This document shows, in pieces, positions 47,620 to 62,731 of a DNA stretch of 64,000 nucleotides. The notes under the pieces are model-generated. The model searched no databases. It saw only the letters and a program-made list of their open reading frames with translations, and was not told where the DNA came from. Both the position numbers and the translations under genes were made by a program. Each line of letters starts with the position of its first letter. The stretch's first letter is position 1. Source of the stretch: the human T2T-CHM13v2.0 reference genome, Homo sapiens. Location of the stretch: the NCBI RefSeq assembly GCF_009914755.1, contig NC_060932.1; one strand, 5' to 3'.

Positions 47620-48460
47620 AATCTATTCATTTATTAATTTCTGTACCAAAATATCTGTTGGGTAGTTACTATGCAACAGGCAATGTACAAAACTCTGGAG
47701 AAATATTATGAGCAAGATGTGAATATTTCTTGTCAATGGTAATTCTAGTAGAAGACAGAAGTATCAAGCGAGTAAGCATACAGTTAAATGTATAAATATT
47801 ATTTGTCATAAAGTGCTGTTAAAGGAAAATAATAGATTGTTGTGAGGGAGTGATTGGGAAAAGCTTTATTTTTGACTTGTGGAGTCCACATTTCAGTGCA
47901 GATCTGACTTTTAAGTAAGAATCTTCTAGACACAAAAGTTCTGTGTAGGGGAGGAATATTCTAGTTATAATGCAGAGTGAGCCAAGGGGAAAGTGGTTAT
48001 AATAAGATTGGAGTGGTAGGCAGAGGCCAGAACATTGTAGCGCCTTCTTAGTAATGTTAAGAAGTTTACTTTTTATTTTAAGTGCCAAGAGTAGATGGTC
48101 AAAAGTTTAAATCAAGGAGGTGACATGATCTCTTTTACATTTTAAAGTAATTACTCTTCCACTAATGCAGAGGAAGAATGGGAGAAAACAAGTGGAAATG
48201 GGGAAAGCCTTCAGGAGGCAGCTATAGTAGTCTAGGTAAGAGATATTGATGGCTTGACTAGGCAGCTAATAGTGTAGACTGGAAGAAGAGAAGGAAAGTT
48301 ATTCATTGGACTTGGAGATGTAGAAGATGAGGAAGGAAGGTAATGGCAGATACTTCCTAGATTCTTGACTTGAATAGTTGTTTTCCACTTAGTAAAATGC
48401 GAAAAAGTGGAGGAAGAATAGGTTTTGAAAAGAAGTCAGAAATTCAGTTTGGATCTGTAA
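47620..48460 (-). mobile_element. L2 fragment
   Basis: L2 3'-end-like start followed by a purine-rich body. Confidence 0.6.
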
Positions 48461-48564
48461 ATTTTCCTATTCATTTAACAGTGTAGCTCTCAAGGCAGAC
48501 AATTGCATACTATAATAGCAGTAACATCTAATGCTTATTAAGCTTTTTCTGTGTGAATAGCACT

Positions 48565-48982
48565 TGATACGGTTTGGATATTTGTCCGCTCCAAATCTCA
48601 TGTCAAAATGTGATCCCAATGTTGGAGGTGGCACCTGGTGGGAGGTGTTTGGGTCATGGTGGTGGATCCCTCATGAATGACATAGTGCCCTCCTTGTGGT
48701 AATAAGTGAGTTCTCATTGTTGGTTCATGTGAGAGCTGGTTGTTTAAAGGAGCCTGCCACCTCCTCCTAACTCTCTTTTGCTCGCTCTCACCATGTGATA
48801 CATTGGCTTCCCCTTTGTCTTCTATCATGATTGTGAGCTTCCTGAGGCCTCATCAGAAGCCAAGCGGATGCTGACACCATGCTTGTACAGCTTGCAGAAC
48901 TGCTAGCCAAATAAACATATTTTCTTTATAAATTATCAAATTTTAGATATTCCTTTATAGCAATGCAAAATGGACCAAAACA
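48565..48982 (+). mobile_element. MSTB-like MaLR solo LTR inserted in a MIR
   Basis: tgatacggtttggatatttgtcc...ccaaatctcatg; TG...CA ends; 5-bp TSD gcact/gtact. Confidence 0.88.
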
Positions 48983-49264
48983 GTACTGTTCTGAGTTCTT
49001 GTAAATGTACTAACTCAAGCCTTACAACAAACATGTGATACAGGTACCCTTAATCCTCATTTTAAAGATGAGGAAAACGAGGCAGGATGAATTATTTTAC
49101 TTAAGCTAGCCAGCCAGTAGTGTTGTCATCAGGACTCAAACTCAGGCGTTTTGGTTCTTGAGCCCATGCACTTCAAACCACTTAGCTATAGTGCTTATGA
49201 ATTTTGAGTGTGAGGAAAGGTCAGGTTTGGGGGTATGAACATTTTTGGATTCATTAGCCTATAG

Positions 49265-49627
<363 letters not shown>

Positions 49628-50339
49628 TAAACAATGTTTATCACTTACTAAAATAATATGGCCTGTGTTTTCACCATGATTAGAGCATTATTATATACTT
49701 CCACTGAGATATCCAAGTGAGCCATTAATAATTATGTATACATCATCTACATTCTGAGTTCATTGTTATTTTTTAAACTTTGTTTAAAGTTGAAACCATT
49801 TGAGTTATTTGCCATGTATTGTCACAAAGATTAATTTAATAATACAATTGTAATCCGCATAGCCATAATTTTTCCCTCATAAGTCTGTTATCTGTGCCTT
49901 CATTTCTTGTAGTCTTTCCTCATTTCTACCATTATATTGAAATTATTTTGCTAATTTTCAGTTTTTCCCTTTCTGCATCCAAGATCCTTTTCTTTGATTC
50001 TTTATGCTCTGTGCACTGTTGTTTACCATCGTCCAGTCCCTCCTTTCATATTCTCTTCCTTGCATTTTAACTGCTGCCATCTCCTTTTTTTCTTCTTCAC
50101 CAATCAGAATGTTAATTGTGAGGATCTGCCATAAGCATTAATCTACTCTATAAAGTTTTCCCTGATCATTAAAATCACTCTATGTCCCTGTCACTCTTTC
50201 TGCATAACTAACTTTGGCATGTACTAACGATACTACATTATGAGATATTTTATGTATCCTTTCTCCCCAACTTGTATACTACTTGTATACCCTTTCTCCC
50301 AGACTTGTATATTACTGTAATTACACATTTAATAGGCCA

Positions 50340-51870
50340 CTTAAAGTTGTCCCATAGTTCGCTGCAATTTTAAATTTGTCTTTTTTATTTTAGATTCTTT
50401 TTTTGGAATGGCTTCAGTTTAATCTTTTCATCTGCTGTTAATTCCTTCTGCTGTATTTTTTATTTCACGTGTTGTAGTTTTCATCTTTAGAAGTTTGGCT
50501 CTTTTTTATATCTGTATACTTAATGTCTTGAGCATGTAGATTACAGCTTAATGTGCTTGTCTGGTAATTTTAACATCAGTGTCAGTTCTGGGTTGGTTTT
50601 GATCGATTGATTTTTTTTCCTATCATGGAATGTATTTTCCTGCTTTTTTGCATGCCTCAAAATGTTTAATTGGATCATAGGCATTGTGCATTTTGTTGGA
50701 TACTGGATAATTTTGTCTTCCTGTGACTATCATTGAGGTTTGTTCTGGCTGTGATGCAAGCAAGTATTTTGATCCTTTAAGTTCTTGATTATAAGATTTG
50801 TTAGGCAGGATTGGAGCAACATTCAGTGTAGGGATAATTATTCCCTACTATTGCCAGAGCATCTGAATACTCTACATAATGTCTTATGAGATTTTTCAAT
50901 TTGGCTGGTGGGAACAGGCACTATTACTGGTCCTCTGTGAGTGCTGGATACTACTCTTATGAATCAGGTTCGCTGCACACTAGTTATCAACTTGAGTTTG
51001 GTGAGATGGAATGTCTTTTTATGCAACAAGTTACATAAGACAGATTCATGACTTACAGGCAGGCAGCAAAGGACCACAGAAGCCTAGGATTCATTGCTGG
51101 TTGCCCACGGCTCACGGAAACTTCATGGGACAGATGGAGTTTTGACTGGATGCGCGTCATCTTCACTGCAATTGAGGGACCCTGGAAAGTTGTCTACCCT
51201 AGGTTTTATACTTCGGGGCAATATGATACTCTGGGCTAAAGCTCTGAAGGACATCCTGTTTCTGAGGGGGACTGGAACAGAACTTGGGCTATTCCCACCA
51301 GTCCCTCCCTTTCTCAGAATATTGCATTCCCATCACTTTGTTATTCTCAAACTGCAAGTGAGAAAAATACGGAAAGCTGGGCTCTTAAGGCCGTTTGGAG
51401 AACTGTCCTGTAGTTCTCATTATACTTTCAGATAGATACTTTTCCCAGCCTCTGGTAATTTCTTTACACATAGGATTTGATCAGCACTCAGCTGAATATT
51501 CAAGGGGAATCTCTAGATTTCCAGGCTTCTCTTTGTGTAAATCTTTCCTCTTTAGTACTCTGCCCTGTGATTCTAGGTGCCTTGGTTACCTGGACTTTCC
51601 GCTCTGTTTCCATAGCTCAGGAGTCAGCTGGTCTCTGCCTGTACTCTCCCTCTCTGTGCTGTAGGCTTGAATCTCTCAAGGGAGTAGGGTGGAACAGACA
51701 TAGGGCTCACTTTGTTCCCTGTCTCTTAGGCATCAGCGTCTTTTATATCCTGATGACCAGCGTCCTGAAAACTGTTACATATGTTTTGTTTCCTTTTGTT
51801 TGTTTGTTTGTTTCAGGCGGGTGGGCAAATCAGTCGCTTTTGCTGTATCTTGGCCAGAAATGGAAGGAGT
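50340..51870 (-). mobile_element. Old L1M 5'-region fragments interrupted by an ERVL LTR (MER54/MER74-like, about 50960-51413)
   Basis: L1M-like flanks; the LTR minus strand begins ..caggacagttctcc...gggaatgcaatattctgaga. Confidence 0.5.
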
Positions 51871-52559
51871 ATATTTGCTGTTGCTATTTCAAAAGCATCC
51901 AGAGATTGATAAGAGAAATGGGAGGAAGTCATTTTTAAGCCTAGTGTAATACAATGTAGCACTTATTTTAGCTTTCTACTTCTGTAAGATTTTCTCAAAA
52001 ATTCAAGAAGTAAAATTCTACTATGTGTGTGGAAATAAAAATAGACTTAAGATAATTTTTTGTCTTACAAGTTGTACTTCTGCTATCTTTACTGTAAGAT
52101 TTAAAGTGACAGTCTTCATAAGGTCCAGGTATGCCATAGGAACTTAGTGATTTGACCAATTGAATAGTAATGGTCCCAAAGGTATATCTTTAACATATTT
52201 CTTCAGGACTTCAGAATTAAGGTTGTGGGTAAAATAGGTCCAAGGTTATAGCCAGTATTCTTACATGTAGTTTGAAAGTTTTCTAGTCTCTCATCTAAAG
52301 TGATGTAACATTTATTTTCTCAGAATGAGTTTACAAGAGGCGTTAACAAATTTAAGTATTCTTTCCTATTTTATAGTCGCAAGTTCTAATTGGGAACATA
52401 TATCCATCTATAATAATGATATGACGTTTTTGAAATGGTTGTCTTTTTAAAAGTTTACTTTATTTGAATAATTGCTCAGAGAAAGAAAAATATGCCATGT
52501 TTTTAGGGGTGTTTTAGTAAAAAATTATTTGGAACTTCAGTTAACATGCCGTGTAAGAG

Positions 52560-52790
52560 TAGTACAGTACATGGGTTTGAACTGCACACATCCACTTTTA
52601 CACAGAATTTTTCTCAACCGAATGCAGCTAAAGACCCTCTGTTCCTGGATGCAAAACCTTTGCATACAGAGTGCCAACTTTTCTTATATGCATGTTCCGC
52701 AAGACCAACTGCAGGGCTTGAGTATATGCGGATTTTGGCGTGTGGGGTGTCCTAGAACCAATACCCTGTGCATACTGAGGAATGACTATA
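52560..52790. mobile_element. MER8-like Tigger MITE
   Basis: catgggtttgaactgcac...ctagaaccaatacc...tactgaggaatgacta. Confidence 0.75.
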
Positions 52791-54524
52791 ATTTTCAGAT
52801 ACTGTGGGGCACACTGTAAGTTGTAACCTTAATTTTTAACACTGTTATTATGTTAATGTCTTCGTATATTAATTACAGTTATATTTTTCTTTAATTGATT
52901 TTATTTAATTGATTTATAAAGAGGTGTTGAGAGTGGGAGATGTGGTGTGGGTATTCAGAGAATTTATGTTGCTGAACTGATTGGATATAATGTTTTGGTT
53001 GGGGTTGAATATAGTGTTACTGATAACTCTTTTTCTCCCTTCCCTAAATGTTTTATGAAATATAAATGTTCTAATTGTACTTAATTATTATTTCAAATAA
53101 TAGACGATCTTTCTTAATTTAACATAGTTGACTGCAGGCTGTGATAGATACTGTGTAGCAGGTGACAAGGTTAATAGTCCAATTTAAACCTTGGTTAGGT
53201 AGCACCAGTTGAAAGTTAATAATTAGTTGTGGAAGGCTAAAGAAAAGCTGGGTCAGTTCAGCAGAAGTCAGACTTGTTGTCTGAGAATGTCAGCAGGGGT
53301 GGTACAGTAGGAAGAGGTCAGAGATACAGTGATAAATAGAATATGGAGATGAGGTAGCACCTTGTCCAAGGTCAGAATCATGACAGTAGAAAGAGAGGCT
53401 AACTTGATGATAGAGATTTGCTGCAGATTTTAATGGAGGTGATTTAAATTTCTCTCAGTCCAACTCAGGATCTGTCTACACTGATTTTGAAGCCTGTGGC
53501 CCTTAGATCTTAAGAGATCTAAACCAGTATCATTTGGTTTATCAGAGTGTAATCTGGGACAGTTTTCCTCAAGGTAAATTTGATATTCTTCTTGAGCCAG
53601 TTGGACACTGCATTCTTAAATATTAGTTGCTAGTATATGTATGTCTTTCGGTTATGCTTTGCTAATTTATTGAGAACATTGATGTATTTTTTCTTTGTCT
53701 TTCTTTAAATTATTGCCTTTGGCACAGTGAGCTTTAAGTTAAATAAAATTCTTTGCAAATCATTTTTTAAGAGAATCAAGCCTATAAAATATGAATAACA
53801 TCTAAAATACTAACAACATCTAAAATACTAGTTGTATAAGCTTTGAGCATTGGATATGTATAGTAAGCTAAATACACATTGATATTAGATTGACAGTAGT
53901 TAGGAAAACAAAACCTTCATGAGTTTGTTCTTTGAAAATGACCAGATATCTGACACTGGAATTAAGACATATACTTGAAAGCATATGGCTAAGTCTTAAT
54001 TTCTTGACCTCTAATGATTCCGTACTTTATCATTGGTCAGAAATGAGTATGGCCTACATTTTTAAGGCATTTGGAATTCTAAGTTGGTAATGGGGAAAAA
54101 CATTAGTTAATATTGTCCTTTAATTTTAGATAATAGTATATAGTAAATGTTTATTGATCAGCATTTATATCTGTATATTTACACGCATGCACACACAACA
54201 CTTATTCTGTGTCCTAGCGTTGATATTTTCAAATTGCTTTTCACGTAAATTTGTTGTTTCTAGATTCAACGTAAATAAATGCTTTGAGAATCAAGTTATT
54301 TCTTTAAGAGTTTCCAGTTGAGTAAATCTGGTTGAAAGCAGAGTTTGCAGAGCATAATACCAGTTGGGGTTTTATGTGATCTTTGTCATTATCTAGAACC
54401 TTATCTCTTCCCTGTCCTTGCACTCCATCCAAATGTTTATCAATTAGTACATTGAAAGTTTTTCTTCTGGCTTTTTTCTTGTTCTAGACGTATTTTGCAT
54501 GATACTTTACCATTAAAAATAAAA

Positions 54525-56365
54525 TACCTTTTTGTTTGCAGTAGATTTAGATTCACAGCAAAGTTGAGAGGAAAGTACAGAGTTTTTTAATATATCTCTT
54601 GCCTCCACACATGCGTCATCTCCATCATTATCAGTATTCCTACCAATGTGGTACATTTGTTAAAATTCATGAACCTACATAGATACATCATAATTACCCA
54701 AAGTCTGTACTTTGTATTAGGGTTCATTCTTGGTGTTGTATATTCTGTGGGTTTGGGTAAATGTTTAATGAAATGTATCCATCATTATAATGGATAATGC
54801 CCTAAAACTCGTCTGTGTCTCACCTATTCATACTTCCTCCTTCTCCAGTCTCCACCCTCTGGCAACCACTGATCTTTTTACTGTCTTCATAGTTTTGCCT
54901 TTTTCAGAATGTCATAAAGTTGGAATCATACAGTATATAGCCTTTTCAGATTGGCCTCTTTCACTTAGTAATGTACATTTAAGTTTTCTCTATGTTTTTT
55001 CATGGTTTGATAGCTCATTTTTTTTTATAGCACTGAATAATCTATTGTCTGGATGTACCAGTTTATTTACCCATTCACTTACCAGAGGATGTCTTGGTTG
55101 CTTCTGAGTTTTGGTAATTATGAATAAAGGTGTTATCAACACCTCTTTACAGGTTTTTGTGTGGACCTAAGTGTTCAATTCCTTTTGAGTAGATCCCAAG
55201 GAATGCATTTGCTGGATCAAGTGGTTAAAATTATGGTAATTTTATAAGAAACTGCCAAACCATCTTGCAAAGTGCCTGTACCATTTTGTATTCCTACCAG
55301 CAATGAATGAGAATTCCTGCTGCTACACATCCTCTCTAGCAGTTGATGTTGTCAGTGCTCTGGATTTTGGTCATTCTAATAGGTTTATAATTGTCTTAAT
55401 TTGCATTTCCCGATGACATGTAATGTGGAGGATCTTTTTATGTGCTAGTTTGCTATTTGTATATCTTCTTTGGTGAGATGTCTCTTAAGGTCTTTGGCCC
55501 ATTTTAAAATTGGGTTGTTTTGTTCTTATTGATGAGTTTTAAGAGGTCTTTGTATATTTTTGTAACAGTTCTTTATCAGATGTCTCTTTGGCAAATATTT
55601 TCTCCCAGTTTGTGAGTCGTCTTCTTATTTCGTTCACCATTTCTTTTGGAGAGCAGAAGTTTTAAATTTTAGTGAATTTTAATGAAGTCTAGCTTATTAT
55701 TTCTCTCATGGATCCTGCCTTTGGTATATCTAAAAAGTCATCGCCATACCCAGTTACCTAGGTTTTCTTTTATGCTCTCTTATAGTAGTTTTATAGTTTT
55801 GCATTTCACATTAGGTCTGATTCATACAGAGTTAACTTTTGTGAGGGGTGTAAAGTCTAGATTCATTTTTTTGCATGTAGATATCTAGCTGTTCTAGCAT
55901 CATTTGTTGAGATTCTCTTTGCTCCGTTATATTGCTTGTGGTTTTTTTTTTTTTTGTCAAAGATCAGTTGATTATGTCAGTCTGTTTCTTAGCCCTCTAT
56001 TCTGTACTATTGATCTGTTATTTTGCCAGTACCCCACTGTCTTTATTATTGTAACTTTGTAGTGTATGTTGAGGTTGGAGGTTGGGAAGTATCCTCCAAG
56101 TCTGTTCTCCTTAAATGTTGATTGGCTATAATGGCTCTTTTACTTCTCCAAATAAACTTTGTCTATCATCACTTATTAGTTCCAATAGGTTTCTTGTCGA
56201 TTCTTTTGAATTTTCTGCAAGACAGTCAACGCCATCTGCAAACAAAGACAGTTTTATTTCTTCTTTAGTAATCTGTGTACCTTTTATTTCATTTTCTTGT
56301 CTTACTGCATTAGGCGGGACTTCTAGTATGATGTTGAAAACAAGTGGTAGAGGGGACATGGACAA
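54525..56365 (-). mobile_element. Old L1 (L1MC1/2-like) 3' fragment with an RT remnant
   Basis: L1MC 3'UTR agattcacagcaaagttgagaggaaagtacagag. ORF 56126-56365 reads FNIILEV...[11 protein letters not shown]. Confidence 0.85.
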
Positions 56366-58225
56366 TGCTTTTTAAAACAAAACAATTATTTTATAAGCAT
56401 TTGTTTGTCCTATAAAATTCTAATTCATTTTCCAAATATGTTTTCTATTAGAAAACTGTAGTCTGTGGAAGACCATTTGACAGTAGGGAGAATTATGGCC
56501 TTTGTAATGACAGCAAGATAAAATAATGTTGTGGTAGTAATGGCAATTAAGAAAAATGTTGAATACTGAATTAGAATAAAAAATAGAGATGCTTCATCTA
56601 AGGACAAACAGGTTTGATTAGGATGTCAGTAGGCTTAGAGAATATGAACATAATCCTAACCCACTTAAAGGAAAATTAGAATTGGGTAGTGATTCTTAGT
56701 TTATTTTGTATGTAAATTTCTCTTCCTTGGTACATTTTTATCATTATTGTGACCGTTAAATTTGTTAGGCAAATAGAAGATGCTGTTTTATTCTTGTTTG
56801 CTTTGTCTTAGTGGGTTACAGATTAAAATAAATTGGATGGGAGATAGGGGAGAGGGATAAACATACACGAACATTTGAGGAGGTAACTCAGTAATGGTTA
56901 TAAGATACAAAGTATGAGGTACTGTTTTGCCATGTAAGTTAAGAATTAAAATCACTTTCTCTTCTTGCACCCTCTCAACAACTAGTTAAGCTACTAGCTG
57001 TAGATTCTAAACTTTTTAATGTTTATTTTGTTAGCATTATTGATCTTGCTTATAAAGGAATTTTATTCTTTGTAGATTGGTTAAATGTGCTATCAGTGTA
57101 AAATTGCTTAATAACGATAGAAATGGTGAACCCAAATTGCATAATAATAATTGTACATATGGAGAGCCAATGTGTTCAGATACTGTGCTAAATACTTTGT
57201 ATTTAGTTAAAATAATATTTTTTTTCTCAGAAGAAATACACAGGTTCACTGAAATCAAGAGTACAAGTAATTCAGAGTGCAAGCTATAACACTAGAGAAC
57301 TGTAAAATATGAATTAACTTTGTTAAAGGTCAGCAGATTTGTTACAGTATCCATAGGTAGCAAGCTTAAGGTTAGTCTGTTACCTAAATGATTCTAGTAG
57401 GAGGAGTTTTAAACTCATTTCCAAAGAGTATTATTTTGACAGGCAGTATTTGAATTTACTTATTATCATGGCTGGGTAATTTATGTTTGAATTTGTCAGT
57501 CTATAAAATGCATTGTTTCCCCCCCGTTGCCTATAAAAAACCATTTCCTCAAACTGTTCTGTGACCAGTATGCACCTGTAGTAGAAATGGAAGGCCCAAG
57601 TGTCTAAAGCAACGGGTTTATAGTTTGAATGGATCTAGGGAGAGATCCAGGCACACTGAACAAGAAATAATTTATTAGTGACTCCCTTCTAGTGGCAAAG
57701 GCTGGCAACCCAAAACATGACAGCAAAACTGAGATGCTTTCTTTGGAGAATTTTTGGTTGTTTTAGAAGTTAATAAGCTGGAGGCCACACAGCTGATCAG
57801 GGGTAGAAACTGGGTTACTTCCATAATTATTTATATTTAAATTTGTTACCTTTTTCTTAAGTTTATTACCTATTTATAAAATCTATTCTGTAGCAATAGG
57901 GGCATTGGTTTATTATTAGGTTCAAGGCAAATCTTAGGAGGCTGGGAAGGAAGTAAAGAAATGTACAGTGGTATTATGTATAGTAACAATGGTTCTAATG
58001 TAATGAATGGTATTAAGAGCTTTCCTGAGTTTCTGAAGTAATTATGGGTTTTGAGATTTTGTGGCTTGCTTTCTACCAGTTTTTTATGGATATATTTGTA
58101 TCGTGTGTACATATTATGTAAGAATATATTCATATAATATTGTGGTTATTTATGTATTTTTTTTTTAGTTTCCAGAATTAACTGACACGCAGAACTAGCA
58201 TTTATTTGTACATTATAATTTGTAT

Positions 58226-58468
58226 CAATTGAGCATCCCTGATCTAAAAATACGATGTCTACCTGAAATCTGACCCTAAACCCAAAACTTTGTGAGCACT
58301 GACATGATGCTCAAAGGAAATGCTAACTGAAGCATTTTGGATTTCAGATGTTAAGAATAAGGATGCTCAGTCAGTAGCCATCCTGAAAACATTCCAAAGT
58401 CTGAAAAAAGTCTGAAGTCCAAAATGCTTCTCTTCCCGAGCATTTTGGATGAGGGATACTCAGCCTAT
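58226..58468. mobile_element. Tigger4a/MER46-like MITE
   Basis: Degenerate terminal inverted repeats ttgagcatccct / agggatactcag. Confidence 0.75.
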
Positions 58469-58904
58469 ATATAGGCCTTCCTTTTTGAATAAATCTATTT
58501 TCTTATTGCCTGTTGTTCATGCAGAACTATTTAGCTTTTGTGGATTCTAGCGCAGAATACATGATTAAAGTTTGATTTGTCTGGACAAACTTCCATCATG
58601 AATTTTAATACAGTTATGAGGAAAAATACTAAATAAGTTTTATTTCCCCACAGTTTATCAAATGGGTTGTACTTTTTACATCTTACATTTTACATCAACT
58701 TGTAAAAAGTATTGTGTTTATTTAGAGGTGATTTCTCTTGGTGGAAGGAGGAAGTAATGCAGAGCTGTGAGGTAAGTAACATGGGGTTTGCAGTCAGACA
58801 GGCACAAGTACCTGTCTTTGTGATACTGTGCAAATTGCCTAATCTTGTTGAATGGAGTTGTAATAGGTGCTCTCTCTTTGGGGTTGTGAAGATTAAAATA
58901 TTTT

Positions 58905-58906
<2 letters not shown>

Positions 58907-58949
<43 letters not shown>

Positions 58950-58970
58950 ATGTATACGTGTGTATACATA
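58907..58970. repeat. (TG)n/(TA)n microsatellite inside a MIR
   Basis: Direct reading. Confidence 0.9.
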
Positions 58971-59139
58971 TGTACACAAAATATGGGTTGTATGGAACCT
59001 AATATGTAGTATGAGTTTAACTTAGATTAGCGATTTTTATTATCACATGTTATTAATTGTATTCCTTTTATACAAAGAAAAAAGGAACTGAAAGTGATCC
59101 ATGGAAAAGTAAAAGTAGATTATTACCTTGTAACATAAA

Positions 59140-60700
59140 TAAAAAATAAAAACCTAAGTATTAATAACACTTTAATGTTAGTAGATATTTTACGATATCA
59201 AGGTAGGGAAGGTCTTTTGAAATAAGACTGAGAGAAGTACAAGTTATAAATAAATGGATTCAATTGGACCACAGTAAAAAAAGAAAAGTCTGTGTGACAA
59301 AGGAGACCATAAGTAAATTGATATGTCAAGTCCTAGACAGAAGATATCATAGTTGCCACACATGTAGTTAATTACTAATACATGACTAGTTAATTACCAC
59401 TAAAGAACTACTACAAATTAATAAGAAAAGAGAACCCAATTGAAAAATAGATAATCTGATCAGAGTTTATCACTGGAACCTGAGTTGTTAATAAACAATA
59501 TATGTATAATGTCATTAAACATCATGGATATGAAAATTAGAGGAATATTGAGATGCTATTTGTTACTTTTCATCCTGGCAACAGAATGCAAAAAGTCTGA
59601 CAGTGTTAGTGTTGATAAGTATGTGGGAAAATGGGAACCCACATGTTGCTGGTAGGAGTTAGTTTGGAAAAACAGTTTGGCAATATCTTGTAATTGGTTA
59701 GTAAGTTTTTGTATTCTGTGGGCGTATTTGACAGTCTGGTGAATGAAGCCTGTGTACTTCTTTGCAGAAAAATTTTTTAAGTACAATATATAGGATTATA
59801 AAAGATAGTCATATTGAAATATCATTATTACAATATAAAAATATGATATGGTAATATTTTTATGAAGAAATTTTATAACAAGAATTTAGTGACAGGTCTG
59901 ATAGCCATTACAAGTTCAAAATGATGATGAACATGAACTGTGTCTTGAGATATCAGCAATGAATGGAATGGAATAGGAAAGTACCTGCGATTCCTATGGT
60001 TTACCAAGTCACAGGGACTGCTAATTCTATTTTTTTTTGCCTCCACTTATAACTGAAATGTTAAATTTTACAGACTTATGTAAATGAAGATGTTTTTCCC
60101 CTTTTTCAAGTTTATCACCTCCTTGAGTTAGAATCATAGAACTTACAGATGCCAGTTTAAGAACCCTTTTAGAGTGACTTTTACTCATGAATAATGATAA
60201 TGATTCTATTATTGCTTATTAGAAAAATGAGAAAGCCTATGTGACCATTATTAAGAGAAATGGAAAAATGTAATATATTAATATGATGGGGTGCCCTACA
60301 GCAATGCAGATAAATGACTTACCTATAAGCGTCAATATGCAGAGGTTTCTAAAACAAAAGTTTGAATTAAAAGTTTCAGTATGATATTGAGATAGAGTAT
60401 TATGCAAATTAAAGACATATGTAACATTTTATTGTATGGTTTTTGATTTTATGTACCTGTTTATGGGTGCGTCTTTATACACATAAAGATAGATTTGAGA
60501 AAAACAGTGTTTTTAGTTTAGTGGAAAAGAGGGGGAAAGTAAGATGGGATAAAGGAATTCAGAGGTACCTGTAGTATTTTAATTATTTATGTTAGGAAAT
60601 AAACCAAATAGATTGCAAACTAACAGACCTTATTCGATGATAATTGTCATTGATGAGTACGTGGGTTTTTGTTTTATTATTATTTGTGCTTTTCTGCATT
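59140..60700 (+). mobile_element. Ancient L1ME-like fragments with an embedded hAT-Charlie fragment (about 59730-60170)
   Basis: A-rich L1 3'-like motifs such as gttgctggtaggag...ggaaaacagtttggcaatatct. Boundaries approximate. Confidence 0.5.
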
Positions 60701-61704
60701 AAAATAGTTCCCCAAATTCTCAAAATAATAGTTATTAACAAGAAAATATTTTCTTATAATTATTGTAAATATTTTAATAAAAATACAAGTGGCACCAAGA
60801 TAGATTATCAGTTGCAAAGGGGATTAACTTTTGTCATTTGCTTCAGGTACATATGGGTTACTGAATAATTACCGAATTAATTGTTTTCTAGTTAATGCCA
60901 AGTGTTTCTTGCCTTTTGGTTTTCTATTTAGAATGTCAAAGTAAGCCTTTGAACAGTCATTGATATTTATGGTAGCAGAATGTTAACTCTCTGAATATGG
61001 TTAGGACTGTGGTATTCTGCAGTAACTTAATAGCCCTACATTTTTTCTATATTTGGCATTTTTATTACCAGAGAATCTCCAAACTTTATCTTACAAGACC
61101 CAGGAAAATGGTTTTATTTGTTGGGCTTATATTGGTTTCTTGTATCTGTTTTTCTCTAATGGTTCACTAAATTAGTTTTGAAATATCTGGGATTGCTTTC
61201 TTCAGTTTTTTGGTAAAGAGATACATAAAACTCTGGTTATTGTAGAGAAGTTCTGATACTCCAGGCCATTTTTACTGAAATGAACTAAGGTGTTAGTCAG
61301 TAAAGATGAATGTAGTAGTGACTGTGGAAGTTAGAATATAATGAAACATCCTCATTTTCTCAAATAGCAGCCTGACCCCAAGCGTGAAGTGAGCATCGCT
61401 TCCAAAAGAGTAGAATCAATCAATAGATGGGAAGATTAGTATAGGAACAGCAAAGAAGCACAGAGTAACTCATGCCGCTACCTGGCTTTGTTTCATATCT
61501 TTTCCTAGAGGAATCAAAATTACTTGTCTTTTAGTCACTCTTTTTTTGCATGTCTCTTAAACTGTCTCTAACTGGCAATAACTGTTGTTTTATTGTTTAT
61601 AAAGCACCACAGGTAAAAATTTCAAATCACATGATTCATAAAGTAAAAATAAACATAACCATTTATCTTCTCCTGTAGAAGGAAGCCATTATTGATTTGC
61701 TACA

Positions 61705-62731
61705 CAGTTGACCCTTGAACAACATGGGTATGAATTGCGTGGGTCTATTTATACATAGATTTTTTTCAAATCAATATATTGGAAAATTTTTTTAAGATAT
61801 GTGACAATTTGAAAGCATTCTAAGATGGACTGCATTGCCTTACAAATACCAAAAAAAATGGAGAAAAAAGTCTGTCAAGAGGGCATAAAATGTATATACA
61901 TACTAGTCTATTTTCATCGTTTACTACCATAAGATATACACAAATCTATTATAAAAAGGTCAAAACTTGTCAAAACTTAGACACACAGTTACAAATCACA
62001 CATGACACCACTTGCAGTTGAGGGAAATGTAAACAAACATAAGGTTGCCATATTAAATCACAACTGCATAAAATTAACTGTAGTACGTTATAGGCTACTG
62101 TCATAACTTCGTAGCTGCATTCCGTTGCTATTAGGGTGAGCTTAAGTGTTGCAGTAGCCACTTAAAATGCCTTATGACACTGATCATCTCCATGTGAGCC
62201 CTTCATCTCTCCAGTGAGTTGCATATTGCAGTAAACAGTGATCACCCGAGGTTCTCCTGTATTTTTCATTCTGTTTAATGTAATAGTGTAAACCTTGAAT
62301 AACACCATGGGACGCAAACAAAATGCCACTAGGGATGCTGGAGGTGCTCCCAAGAAGCAGACAAGCCATGACATTACAAGAAAAAGTTGAGTTGCTTGAT
62401 AGATACCATAGATTGAGATCTGTACCTGTGGTTGCTCCCATTTTAAACAGATGATTCATCTTGTAAACAGGTGACAGAAACTTATAGTATGAGTAAATAC
62501 AATACAGTACTATAAATGTATTTTGTCCTATGATTTCTAAATAACATTTTCTTTAGCTCACTTTATTGTAAGAATATTGCATATAATACATGTACAAAAT
62601 CTGTGTTAATTGACTATGTTATTGGTAAGGCTTCTGGTCAGCAGTAAGCTTTTAGTAGTCAATTTTTGGGGAGTGAACACTTAACACGTGATTTTTGACT
62701 GTGTGGGTGCCCCTAACCTTCCCATTGTTCT
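61705..62731. mobile_element. Tigger3b (Golem)-like DNA transposon
   Basis: Starts with the TIR cagttgacccttgaacaac and ends gtgcccctaacc...ttgttc. Confidence 0.85.

Noticed and set aside
50253-50316. Tandem duplication of about 32 bp; similar short ones at 42519-42562, 53797-53830 and 63639-63681
   Set aside because: Two-copy slippage duplications with no array or spacer structure; ordinary, and not CRISPR-like.
57678-57697. CTCF-like motif on the - strand (GCCACTAGAAGGGAG)
   Set aside because: Two mismatches in the core; not supportable without ChIP data.
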